Origin: Azolla caroliniana
Taxonomy: Eukaryota > Plantae > Polypodiophyta
Direction of reading: 5' to 3'
NCBI GenBank assembly: GCA_043228905.1
Contig: JBHGNT010000004.1
Coordinates: forward strand, 12,400,001 to 12,464,000
DNA: 64,000 bases
Shown here: piece after piece, positions 39,660 through 51,300 of the stretch
How the letters are laid out: every line of letters begins with the position of its first letter
Numbering within the stretch: position 1 is the first letter of the stretch
Made by a program: the position numbers and the translations under genes
The notes under the pieces: model-generated
Databases searched by the model: none
Told to the model about the DNA's origin: nothing
Seen by the model: only the letters and a program-made list of their open reading frames with translations

Positions 39660-40690
39660 TTATGCCAAGAGGTGGCTCTTGGTCTCCCTTGCGGTTAGGC
39701 CAAGAGGTGACTTTTGGTCTCCACTGTGGCTAGTCGTTGGCAGTTGAACGTTGTTGTTCTTGTAGTAGGGTCCGAAACTAGGTATTTCCCAAGTCCCAAT
39801 TTAGATTGGGACTCATTGTCCCAACCCAAGGGTGGAACCCATTCTTAGGAATAACGACATGGATGGGAACGACGACTGGAACCATGGTTGGGATTGGTTC
39901 CCTTATTGGGTTCCAACTCCTTATGCTTGTGCCAACATTGATCGTGACCTCTTGTCCCAACTCGTTTCGGGGCTTCTTGGTTCCGTTGTGACTAACTCCA
40001 GGATCATGTTCCAGTTGGGACTCTTTAGGGACACCACACTTATATACCAAATTGGCCTTCATTCATTATTATGCATGCACATGTGTCACAAATGCAACAC
40101 TTTTGCTACTTTCCCATGCACATAGATGGTTTGGTCTATTCTCCACATCCTCTAGAATGGAAAGTTGTAGTACTTCAAGCTCATCAAAATCCAATATTCT
40201 CCACATCAATGAACCATCATCTCATGGAGTGACTAAACCATCTACGCGTAAGGTAGGTAGCTCCAGGTCGAGGCGTCATGCAACAATAGTTGCTCTGCTT
40301 GTGCTCGTGGTTTGGAGGAGCTGCAAGAAACAACTTCTTCTGAGCCACTCCCACTCCCTTTTGTGTTGTCTACTCTACTCGCTCATCTCTTTCTTCTTCC
40401 TTTCACTTTGTACGGAAATCCCTCTCCCTCCCTCATTCCCTCTTGGGGCAGTAAATGTCTTACCGCTTACTCCATGTGGAGGAGCATGAAGAAGAAGAAT
40501 AAGGCTGAATGATCATGAGGAGTATGATAATATGGCTGATCATGCGGTCGATGATGATGATGGATAGGATCATGATCATCAAATTATAGGTGACTAGATA
40601 GATGATGTTTCAGCATCTCCACTAGAGGTGGAAAAGGTGAGGTATATGAGATGCAGATGATCTTCACATGATTATGTGATGTTCTTACAT
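39660..40690 (-). pseudogene. Degenerate gag-like remnant of an unidentified element
   Basis: Minus-strand Cys/His cluster (KCCICD...HNNE) near 40050-40110 with Pro/Gln-rich flanks; no termini found. Confidence 0.35.
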
Positions 40691-41015
40691 CAAGGAGAAA
40701 TAGAAAGCTTTGGCGAAGCTTGAAGTCTGCAAGAGAAACCTACTTGTACCCCCCACTTGAGATGGAGGGGGAGAATTGTTGGGACTTGTCCACTCAAGTG
40801 GAGCCCACAACATTGGAGCTGGTTGAGAGCCGAAGGGCTGATTGAGAATCGACTGTGTCAATAGTCGGCTGAGCATACAACCGATTGGGAGTCGGCTGAG
40901 CGTCGAATGCACGTAGGGCCAAGAAGGAGATAAGTTATAATTACTTATAATCATATTTATATATTTATATATGTATGCCCTTTTTTCTTTTGTATGTTTT
41001 TTCTTTGGTGTGTGT

Positions 41016-41061
<46 letters not shown>

Positions 41062-41181
41062 CACAGGTACATAGACTTTGGACAACAAGGAGAAAAACAT
41101 AAAAGGAGGATGAATACAGCGGGGGCTGGTTTTTTCTGAGAATATATAGCAAATAAGAAAACTGAGAGAAAATAGAAAAAC

Positions 41182-41234
<53 letters not shown>

Positions 41235-42090
41235 CAGAGAACGAAAGAGTGAGCAAGAGGAAGAGCATTCTACCAACGCAGAGACAGAGACCTATGAGGG
41301 GTTGTTCGTGTTGTCAGAGAACCACGATTGAACAACACCTATCCTGTCTACTTGTATCAGGTTTCTTCGTTTTATGTTTTTCTTATTTCCGTTTTTCTTA
41401 GTTTTTCCATCCACCCAGTTGGGTGAGGAATTATAATCTTGATTATTTCTTGTTGGTTTATCCACCCAATCGGGTGACGATTGTAGCCAAGGTTGTTGCC
41501 TTGAGGCTAGCACATTTCTTGTGCTTATTGTTGTATTATCCACCCAATCAGATGACGATTGCAGTCAAGGTTGTTGCCTTGAGGCTAGCACATTTCTTGT
41601 GCTTATTGTTGTATTATCCACCCAATCAGGTGAAGATTGTAGCCAAGGTTGTTGCCTTGAGACTAGGACATTTTCTCTAGTCAAAACCTAGAGAGCCCGT
41701 AATCATTTGTACCCACTATTGTGTAGCCAAGGTTGTTGCCTTGAGGTTTGTACGTTCCTCTAGTCAAAACCTAGAGAAGTCGTACACAATTTATAACATT
41801 TGTTATTATATCCACCCGATTGGGTGAAGGTTGTAACCAAGGCCATTGCGTTGAGGTAGATACATTCCTCTAGTGAGGTTGTATTCCATCGTACTCAAAA
41901 GTATAGTGAAATTGTTTAGAACATACGGTTCCCGTGGTTTTTTCCCTATTTTGGGTTTTCCATGTTAAAAATTTTGGTGTACTCTCATTTTCGTCTTGTG
42001 GTTTCATCTAGTGTTATTTCCCTTCCCTTCCCTTCCCTGTGTACATAGATCTTATTTTCTAGAACTCGGGAAAATGCCATTATAACCTCT
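40690..42090 (+). mobile_element. Element L: copia 3' remnant with PPT and a long 3' LTR (40777 to about 42090)
   Basis: ggagggggagaat followed by TGTTGGGA as in D and G; carries the cccgtggtttttccc...gggttttcca motif found in the D and G LTRs; contains (GT)n 41021-41058 and (GA)n 41184-41227. Right end approximate. Confidence 0.7.
41405..41880. repeat. 78-bp tandem repeat with a palindromic core CACCC-N4-GGGTG inside the L LTR
   Basis: tccaccc at 41461, 41539 and 41617 (period 78), with degenerate copies near 41410 and 41811. Confidence 0.85.
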
Positions 42091-42359
42091 TTCTCATCAT
42101 TGTAATTGCTATGGGAATAACAGAGCTATGTGGGATCGCATATACAACTACGAAAGCTATGCAATCATGCCAAGTTATTGATTGGCCTTGGTCTTATGCC
42201 AAAGGGAATAAGACTTGTTTGGGAGAACTATTGAACTATGTCAACAATGTTCCCTTCTTGGATGAAACCAAGACTTTGATTGCTTCTTTGGCAATTATGC
42301 CAAAACTCTTCATTGAATGTAATTGGGATATTATAATACTCATATTCATAGTACGTAAT

Positions 42360-42545
42360 ATTCGCACTCGTTAGCCCAAACTTTCGTTTTTGTTTTCATA
42401 CGTATGCAAACGAATGTGTATGTTATTATTCTTTGTGTTTTATTTTGCACTTTTTACCTTAAAAAATAAATTACTATATAGTAAATAATGAGTGCAAATG
42501 TATGGTATTTACCATACTTTGAGGTTGTTTTGCATACTCGAATGA
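42360..42545 (+). mobile_element. Single arm of the foldback/MITE family seen at 45814-46407
   Basis: caaacttt...tcatacg.atgcaaac.aatgtgtatgttat...tatttacca.actt.gagg.tgttt..catactcgaatg matches about 46195-46371 in the same orientation. Confidence 0.7.
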
Positions 42546-43153
42546 TAAGAATGTTCATGAATGCAAGTATTTTCAATCAAATCCTCAAATGTTTATTTCT
42601 TGTTTACTCTAGAAAAAAATACTTATACGAACTTTCCAAATGACTCGTTCATTTGTAAACACGGATGTCAACAATAGGGATGCCATGGAATGCACTAGGG
42701 CTACATCTTGAAACAATAGTATCAAGGGAGTTGAGAATAGTGACATAATTTATGGATATGTGAGCACTTTTTATGTTTTGAGGTTGTTCAAGAGGTAGGG
42801 AAAGAACATTTACAATGATAGGTTTTGCACCATAACCTTCCTTGTCAATACTTGATTCATCAAACAAAGATGCATAATTATTGGGACAATATCTTCATTG
42901 TAACAACATCACCAAAGTTTCAAGCTTGGAAAATGTCTAGTTATTTGATGTCTAACAATGTCTTCTGGGATTTCCATCCGAACCCACAACAATGCTTCAA
43001 CAATAGACATTTTTGAAAGTAAAGATTAAGGTTCGTGATTGGAAATTTGGATGAATGGATAGAAGTAAGAATCTATGAGAATCATAGAGTTTTGACTATA
43101 ATTTTGAAATTTGACTACTAATTTTAGTCACTTAATAAGAAAGCATACATATT

Positions 43154-43683
43154 GGAGACATCTAGGAAGTTGCAAATGTGCATGAGAGATTTAAACATCT
43201 TTGAAAACAATCATACTAATATTATAGGGAGACATCTAGGAAGTTGCGAATGTGCATGAGAGATTTAAACATCTTTGAAAACAATCATATGAATATTATA
43301 GGCATTGGCAATCACACACATTTATTTCATAGTTTCAAAGTACTAGTTTCATCGATTAAAAACACTAGGAAGTCACACAACTTTATTTGACAATTGTAAC
43401 TCCATTTAGTTGATTATTTATATCAATGACACAAGGTAAACATTAGATGCAAGATGGTGATGAATAATGTGCATGAGAGATTTAAACATCTTTGAAAACA
43501 ATCATATGAATATTATAGGCATTGGCAATCACACACATTTATTTCATAGTTTCAAAGTACTAGTTTCATCGATTAAAAACACTAGGAAGTCACACAACTT
43601 TATTTGACAATTGTAACTCCATTTAGTTGATTATTTATATCAATGACACAAGGTAAACATTAGATGCAAGATGGTGATGAATA
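43154..43683. repeat. Overlapping tandem duplications (2 x 74 bp, 2 x 217 bp) downstream of the dirigent gene
   Basis: ggagacatctagg at 43154 and 43228; aatgtgcatgag...gatgaat at 43249 and 43466, apparently identical. Confidence 0.92.
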
Positions 43684-43810
43684 TTAGAGGTTTGAGATGG
43701 GGAGGGGGGGGATATTAAAATGAGGATCGTATTGGGTGGTGCTTGTTTTGAGAGGAATAGATAATGTTGGTGAGACACAAAATAGGGAATGGCAAAGACT
43801 AAATGTTGTC

Positions 43811-44356
43811 CTAAGACAACATGGAAATGGTGACATCAAAACGAAGGACAAAGTAGGTTGGGACTTTAAAGGCAATTGTACTTATGGAAGCAATACCATG
43901 GGCATTTTGATAAAGGCCAGTGCCACCAGTGATGGGGATGGAACGTTGTGGCGGGTTCGAAGTATTTGCGAATATTCTCTCAACACCATGGAAAGAGAGG
44001 GAACCCTTCCCATCCAAAAATGCAGTGAAAGACCATAAGGCGCTAGGTTGAACACGTCCACAATACACATATAGGCCTTGGGCCCTCCCTAAAACCACCT
44101 TTGTAGAAGATTTTGATGATGGCCCTATTGTCAACTCATCATCGAACACAAACATGCGCCCAAAATTTGCGAAAGGAGAGCTCATGTTTTTGGCCATATC
44201 CACTTCCTTTGCTGCAGTGTTGAAACTAACATTTTTGTATAATGATAAATCATGCAAGTAGAATGTTACCTTGTGCGTCGTTTCACCCCTCACTAATTCT
44301 ATCTTTCTCATAATAAATAATGCGACCAACAAAGACATAAATTGGTTAATATCCAT
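43811..44356 (-). CDS. Dirigent-family protein (secreted, single exon, 181 aa)
   Basis: Hydrophobic N-terminal signal followed by the dirigent motifs FYLHD, FGRMFVFDDELTIGP, GRAQGLY, SFTAF...GSLSFHG and IPITGGTGLYQNAHG; intact ATG-to-stop ORF. Confidence 0.93.
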   Translation of the reverse strand: MDINQFMSLLVALFIMRKIELVRGETTHKVTFYLHDLSLYKNVSFNTAAKEVDMAKNMSSPFANFGRMFVFDDELTIGPSSKSSTKVVLGRAQGLYVYCGRVQPSALWSFTAFLDGKGSLSFHGVERIFANTSNPPQRSIPITGGTGLYQNAHGIASISTIAFKVPTYFVLRFDVTISMLS

Positions 44357-44455
44357 ATCCTAGCTCCTTTGCACGTGTGTGTGTGTGAACGCTAAAAGGA
44401 TATCTATCTATCTATCCCCCTCTCTATGGCCATGTGTCTTGTATGCTCACGGTTA

Positions 44456-44463
44456 TATTTATA
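44456..44463 (-). promoter_or_regulatory. Probable TATA box of the dirigent gene
   Basis: TATAAATA on the minus strand about 100 bp upstream of the ATG. Confidence 0.55.
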
Positions 44464-45813
44464 TGATAACAAAACATCAAGTTCACCTACTCCATTACAC
44501 CACCTACTTCATTGTGCTTCAATCATTATTTTGTTTCTCTATTTTCCTCTCCCATCTCCACTAAGTTTTGCATCATAATTATTCAAAGTTTCACCTACTA
44601 TGAATTATGCAAAATCATGATGCATCCATATAAAAATATGTTTAAAGTGGTTATTTTCTTGGAGTGAATGGTAAGATAAGACTCGTTTTTAAAAATACGT
44701 ATAAGAACCATGCGGCAATTCTAAGTGTTATTCAAAAGATTTAGGAAGTTTTCTTATTAGGATGAATACCTAAACCACCTTGTCCCACTTAAAGAACAAA
44801 CAGGAAGTTTAGAGTATTTTAGCTCTATGTTGATATTAGCAATAAAAATCCTTAATATTGTTAATAGTATTAAACTAGCCATTCTTGTGTTTAGAATGGT
44901 GAATGACTCCAAACGTGTTGTAGCTTATTGGGACCAAGCATTTAGAGAATGAAATTGCATACAAAGCCCACACATATGATGAGGCATGTGCACACGACGT
45001 GCACATGGTGCATGTACATGACAAAGTGTACACACAATAAAGTGTGCACTTTCATGAATTGTGGACACTTAGTGAATAACACACTAGAGAATTATAAACA
45101 TCTAATTTAATTTTCTAAATAAAACTTGACATTATGTTCCGCATACCACATGGAAAAGGTAAAAATGTCCATATGTAAGTCATCTTATTATCTCACTACT
45201 GAAAACTATTATCTCATGTTAATATCTTGTATTCAGTTCAAGAATATCACATAAACTCATCATCATACCACATTATAAACAAGGAAAGTCTAATACATTC
45301 AAACCAACAATGTAATACAATGACCAACACAAAATCTACATCAAAAAAGAGGAACAAGAAAACCATATAGATGGTATTTCTGTCTCTTGCTCACATAAAG
45401 TCCATAGACAAACAAAAGCATAACCAACATTATAATTTATAAATAATCATCATGTCATTGATAAATCCTTATCATAGAATTTAACCATTTTCTCAAATGC
45501 ACCCAAAAATACACAAGCTTATATAATCATGTTCATTTTGCACTAGTCTTGTCACAGATAATTTATAATCTTAATGTATGGCTCATGCACTCATACCTGA
45601 TAATATTTCTTGGAGTCAACTTTAAAAAGAAGATTTATATAACCATTGATGAGAACTAGGAAAAGTGACATATTGTCATGATGGTGAAGAAAATTTTGAG
45701 AATGTTATTTAATTGGAGTAGGAATTAGTTGTCTTTTGAGCATCCCTATGCAAATACACCTACCAATATTATTTGAATGTTGCACATTAGGATTGTACAA
45801 ATGATGGAAAGTT

Positions 45814-46407
45814 CCATGGTATGAACCATACGCACCATACATTTTGATCATTCGAGTATATGGTAAACACCCTCAAAGAATGATAAATACCATACTTTTG
45901 GATTAACTATTTATTATGAGGTAAATAAGCCTAAAAAATGGAAAAAAACAAAAGAAAACTTTAAAAATATGGGAAAAAAACACAAGAATGTTTGAATAAC
46001 ATTCGCATTCGTTTTCCAACGTAGGAAAACGAATGTATTGCTAGACGATGGAAACATGTTATTGTAGTTAAAATATTTTTATACATTCCTTGACATGAAA
46101 CATTTTTTGTGCTAATCCATTTGCTAAAATTACTTGTAACAATATGAAGAAGGTTGTTAAAATCATAGTATGTAATATACTCGAATGCATTGGCAAACTT
46201 TCTTTTTCATACGAATGCAAACAAATGTGTATGTTATCAAAACATTCTTATGTTTTTTTTACACATTTTACCTTAACTTTCTTACCTTAAAATAAATTTA
46301 CCTTATAACAAATAATGAATACAAAAGTATAATATTTACCAAACTTCGAGGGTGTTTCCCATACTCGAATGCGAATGCATGTATGGTATGTATGGTTCAT
46401 ACTATGG
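45814..46407. mobile_element. Foldback/MITE-like element with long imperfect terminal inverted repeats
   Basis: Left end ccatggtatgaaccatac...cattcgagtat.ggtaaacaccctc is the reverse complement of the right end gagggtgtttcccatactcgaatg...gtatggttcatactatgg; similarity extends about 200 bp inward. No clear TSD. Confidence 0.8.
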
Positions 46408-47404
46408 TTCAAATAACCTTTCTATAAATTAAGAACAAATTGGTAACTCAAAGCATTTTAGTCTATTAGGCTACCTTGACATTTGTAATAAACATGATGG
46501 GATTGTATAAACTAGTGGGACACGTAGTTTGCTTTATCACGTAAGCTAACATACCGAACAATGGTCAACACACACAAATGTGAAATGTGCAAATACACGA
46601 CCAAACATGCATCAGGTGAAATATTTACACTCAATGACATGAGACCTTGGTAGATGTTTGATGAAATAATAGAGAAGCTATGTGTGGGCATGAACTTTGC
46701 ATTTTTTTTTCCCCTAAAAACGGAGAATCGATGTTTGAGTATGAACTTCATTTTTTTCCTTAAAACTAAAGAACTCGAAATGGAAAACCGCAAAATAGCC
46801 TATGCAATATAACCACATCATTTTGTTGATTGTGTGTCCTACATACACACGATCATTTTGTTAATTGTGATAATTTTGTTGCATATGCTGGCGGCAAGGA
46901 CAGGCAAAATGCCCTAGAGTAGGAGAGGTAACTTTGTGGAATACAACTAGAACTCTTGGGCCTATAGACCGTATGATCTAATAGGAATAAAATGGAACTA
47001 GATCATGTTATGGAATTCAGCCAAACATCTATATACCCCGGATGAAACAATTGAGACATTGGATGGAGAATATATTGTGAATGGGCCACAAAAGATGAAA
47101 CATTTGCAAAAGTTGGGATCTACAGGTTGAGCATAGGACTTGGTGAGTCATGAACATCTTGATTTGAGTCAATACGGAATGTAACTTAAGACTTTATTAG
47201 CGTGATATTGTTGAAAGCTTTAGCTTAACAATGAATGAGATGCATGTACACGCCAAAAGGTGATAATATAGTCACTATGGGCTAACTCCACCCACCTTTA
47301 CTGAGTGTTGAACCTAAAGAATATATAAGTGGGTTGGGGGCTCCTTAAAACCATTAAATTCTCCTAACTTCAACATAGATACTCATTTCTAATACATTTC
47401 TATG

Positions 47405-47477
47405 TAGTCCATTAGTACATTTCCAAGTATTCCATTAGTACATTTCCAAGTAGTCCATTAGTTCATTCCCATGTAGC
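47405..47477. repeat. 23-bp minisatellite, 3 copies
   Basis: tccattagtacatttccaagta repeated. Confidence 0.8.
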
Positions 47478-48132
47478 CTATGACGAGTTGTACATTTGAA
47501 ATGTTGCCACTAAAGGGTAAAAACTATTAACAGTAGTTGTTTTGAATATGTGCTTGTTCGAATGTTCTCTACCTATATTGTATGCATGATTAAACATTAC
47601 ATGCCCCTCATTAGATATTAATTTCGTCTTGCCCCTCGATTTGATATAGAACATATCATCCATGTACGGGACTACCCATTCGATGTCTGGCAATGACACT
47701 TCACCTCACAAACACTAGGACTTATACAATGTTGTTGATTTTGTTGGGAAACATGTCCTTTCGGATGGGAAGAGAAGGACCGTGGTGGTGAATATCTTGG
47801 CCGAGGCCGAAACCAAAACCGAAATCGGAAATCGAAATCGAAAACCGAAATCATTTCAAAAGACTATAATTGTAAATAGTAAAAAATGCCTCCTAGTGTC
47901 AGAACAAAGTAAGAGATTGAACCATTGAAGGAAGGTATAAGAGAATAGAAGAAGAGTGGAGAATGGATTGATAAGAGAAGAGTGGGTTTATTAGAATAGA
48001 ATGATTACAAGGATGAGTTGGATACAAGGTGGGCTTGGAGCTAAAGACTAGTGTTGATTCGAATTGATTTGAGGATACATGTATGCCCTTATTTATAGGT
48101 TCCTATAGAATAGCTTAGAGATATATATAATG

Positions 48133-48170
48133 TTCTAGAATGTTCTAGGACATTCTAGAACATTCTAGAA
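48133..48170. promoter_or_regulatory. Heat-shock-element array (eight phased pentamers, one mismatch) in the J LTR
   Basis: TTCtaGAAtgTTCtaGGAcaTTCtaGAAcaTTCtaGAA, about 35 bp upstream (minus strand) of TATAAATA at 48097-48090. Confidence 0.7.
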
Positions 48171-48233
48171 TGATCTAGAGTTTTTACAATAATCAATGTA
48201 ATATAGAAAGTAGCTTTTGTTTTCTTATATGAC

Positions 48234-48300
48234 AATAAGCTATCTTAATGGTTGAGGTTTTCCACTATGGATTGCAAGGTTTGAAGTTCAAGTCCATGTG
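48234..48300 (+). ncRNA. tRNA-derived cassette in the J LTR, antisense to the element (copies at about 50663-50730 and a second, shortened unit at 50731-50780)
   Basis: A-box-like TATCTTAATGG at 48241 and 50670; B box GTTCAAGTCC or GGTTCAAGTTC with G53 at 48286 and 50715 (45 nt). Confidence 0.65.
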
Positions 48301-51300
48301 ACACCATAATGGAGGCTATTCATGACACAATCTTATTGCGCACAATCTTAGAATCGAGAATGGCGGCTACCTTGTACTCTAGGCCATCAACAAGTTGGAG
48401 AGGAGGCGGTGGCAGCACGACACAATTGGGAATTGAGTTGGTGTGGTAAGGTTCCAAAAGAGAGTTGTGAAAGATTGGATCCAAGACAGAATGTTGCATC
48501 ATTAATCCACTTCGTGATGACAAAAGGACCCCAGAGTTTATAATCTAGCTTATCACACGGTCAAGTAGTCTTTATGTGACGGCGTAACAACCATACCCGA
48601 TCACCAACCTTGAATGGAGACAGAAGATGATCTTGATCTGTGTGGGCCTTACTTTGGGCTTGAGCTTTCTGAAGATGTGAAGAAAACTTGGACTGGAGGT
48701 GTTGGAGTCGGTGAAGGTGCTGCTCTGCACTAGGGTTTGGTGAGATCACTGGAATGTCCAAGAGACACCATCGAGGATGGTTGCTAGTAGAGGCATAGAA
48801 AGGTGTCACCTTGGTAGAAGAGTGTATGGTGTTATTGTGTGCAAACTCTACAAGATGCAATATATGACTCCAATCATCAGATTGATAATTGATGAAACAT
48901 CGAAGATACTGCTCAAGTGTTTGATTTGTGCGCTTTGTTTGGCCATCAGTTTCGGGATGATATGCTGAAGAGAGTTTGCAAGAGATTCGGAGCCCGTCAC
49001 ATAGGTGCTTCCAAAAGTGAGAGATAAATTGCGGACCATGATCACTAATTATGTTGTTTGGAAGACCATGATGACGAAATACTTCGCCGATAATGATATC
49101 TGTTGTTTCTTGACTACTGATGCTTTTTACGTAGGGCAAGAAATGTGCCATCTTGGTAAATCGATCCACTACTATTAAAATAGCATCAAAACCATGTGAA
49201 GGTGGCAAATTTGTAATGAAATCCATAGAAATTGATTGCCATGGCTTGCTCGGAGTCGGCAACAGTTCTAACAACCCATAAGCATGATGCCTAGGAATTT
49301 TAGCTCAACAACATGTGTCACATGTGCGAACGTAATCTTCAACAAATTGTTGTAAATGAGGCCACCAAAATGATCGCTTCACTAGCTCCATGGTCTTAGC
49401 AATACCAAAGTGTCTGGCCATACGGGCATCATGACAGTGCTCCAACACTCGAAGGTGTGGTGATCGATCAGGGACATAAAGGAGATTCTTGTACAAAAGC
49501 AAGTTATCTTGCCACTTTAACTCCTTATAGTGTCGAGATGTCCTTGGAATTGTGGAGCAAAATGCATGATTTGGACCAAGGTGAGCGAAGAGATCCTCAA
49601 AAAAATCATCAGAGTGAAGTTGTTATCGAATAGTATCAAGAAGAGTTGAATCCAGTGGCGTGGCACAAACCGTGGTTGCTTGTAGTTTTGCTGGACCAAG
49701 GAGAACTTGCATTTGATTGTCGAAAGCTGGATCTCCAAGGCGAAGTGCCAAATATGAGCGTCGAGATAGAGCATCTGCTTGCCCTTGTTTTTTCCCTGGG
49801 CGGAAAATGATCTTGAATTCAAAACGAGTTAAAAAATTGCACCCACCGAGCTTGTCGGCTATGTAGCACTCGAGCCGTCTAAAAATATGTAAGATTTTTG
49901 TGGTCACTGTAAATGATGATTTGATGAGGCAAACCTTCCAAGAAATGTCACCATTGCACAAAAGAGTCGACCATAACAAGTAACTCTTTGTCCTGCAGCT
50001 CATAGTTGACCTCTGCAACATTAAAATTTATTGAGTGAAACGCGACTGGATGTAATTGCCCATCTTCACCTGGCTGTGATAGGATGCTCCCAAACGCAAA
50101 GTCGGATGCGTCTGCTTCAATGATAAATGGCTTTTTTGGATCAACATGAGCTAAGACAGGAGCTGATGTGAATGCCTCTTTCAACTCAGTAAAGGCTTTG
50201 TCTACTTCAGGAGTCCAAACAAATGCTGGATTTCTCTTGGTGAGTTGAGTGAGCGACAATACAATTTTCGAATAATTCCATATGAATTTGCGGTAGAAGT
50301 TGGCAAATCCAAGGAAACACTGGACATCGCAGATGGAACTTGGAGTATGCCATTCCAATATTGTTTGAACTTTCACTGGATCCATGAAGATACCTTTGGA
50401 TGAAATGGTACTAACCCAAGAACTCAACTTCTTTGCAATCAAAACTGCACTTCTCCAGTTTGGCATAAAGACCATACTCTCTTACACGTTGGAGTACCTT
50501 CCGCACATGTATATCATGCTCCGCCTGTGTTCTAGAGTAAATCAATAGATAATCTAAATAGACCTAGAATGTTCTAAGACATTCTAGAACATTCTAGAAT
50601 GATCTAGAGTTTTTACAATAATCAATGTAATATAGAAAGTAGCTTTTATTTTCTTATATGACAATAAGCTATCTTAATGGTTGAGGTTTTCAACTATGGA
50701 TTACAAAGTTTGAGGTTCAAGTTCGGGTGATGCCCTAATGGTCATGTGTTCATGACATAGTCTTGGGTTCAAGTCTAGGAGAAGAATAATGTTCACGGAT
50801 TCATGACACCTAGGGGCTATTATAAGCAACTAGGGCAAACCTTATAGTTAGAGTTAGTTGATTATTATTGTAAAGTTAGAACGAGGTAGTTGCCTCTGTA
50901 ATCGTGAGTGAGAGTGTAACTCTGTAGCCATCTGTCAGACGAAGGAGAAATCGAGGTCGTTACCTCTGAGTTCCATATTTATACTTCCTCTCTACTACAA
51001 TGATCTGTTTTTCTCGGGGTTTGTGTACCCCCGTAGTTTTTCCTATTTCGGGTTTTCCACGTAAAATATCGGTGTCTCTGTCTTCAAATTTTTCGTCTAT
51101 GTACTAGCTCTTGGTTTCTGCACACGAAGACGAACATGTAACTGGTTGTGGCCGGTCGATTCCTAACAAATGGTATCAGAGTGATGGAAGACTCGTTTGG
51201 TGGCATGTTTAAGCTTACCGGCTCCAACTATTGAGTGTGGAAGTCGAATATGAGAGACATGCTCATGTGCAAAGACCTCTCTCTGCCTTCCGGTGTAGTT

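Larger units (their letters stand above)
47897..50808 (-). mobile_element. Element J: internally deleted chromovirus in the 5' LTR of G
   Basis: Perfect TSD CCTAG; TGTCA...TGACA termini; LTR pieces 47897-48327 and about 50563-50808; RNH ORF 49948-50475; INT ORF 48561-49274; truncated chromodomain (EYKVAAILDSKIVRNK). gag, PR, most of RT, PBS and PPT are lost. Confidence 0.92.

Noticed and set aside
42360-46407. Dirigent gene captured in a Pack-MULE between MITE-like arms
   Set aside because: The 42360-42545 arm has its terminus facing the gene, and the 45814-46407 arms pair with each other; no enclosing TIR pair or TSD.
47478-47699. ORF with YMDD as a reverse transcriptase fragment
   Set aside because: No other RT motifs around it; a short ORF in AT-rich DNA.
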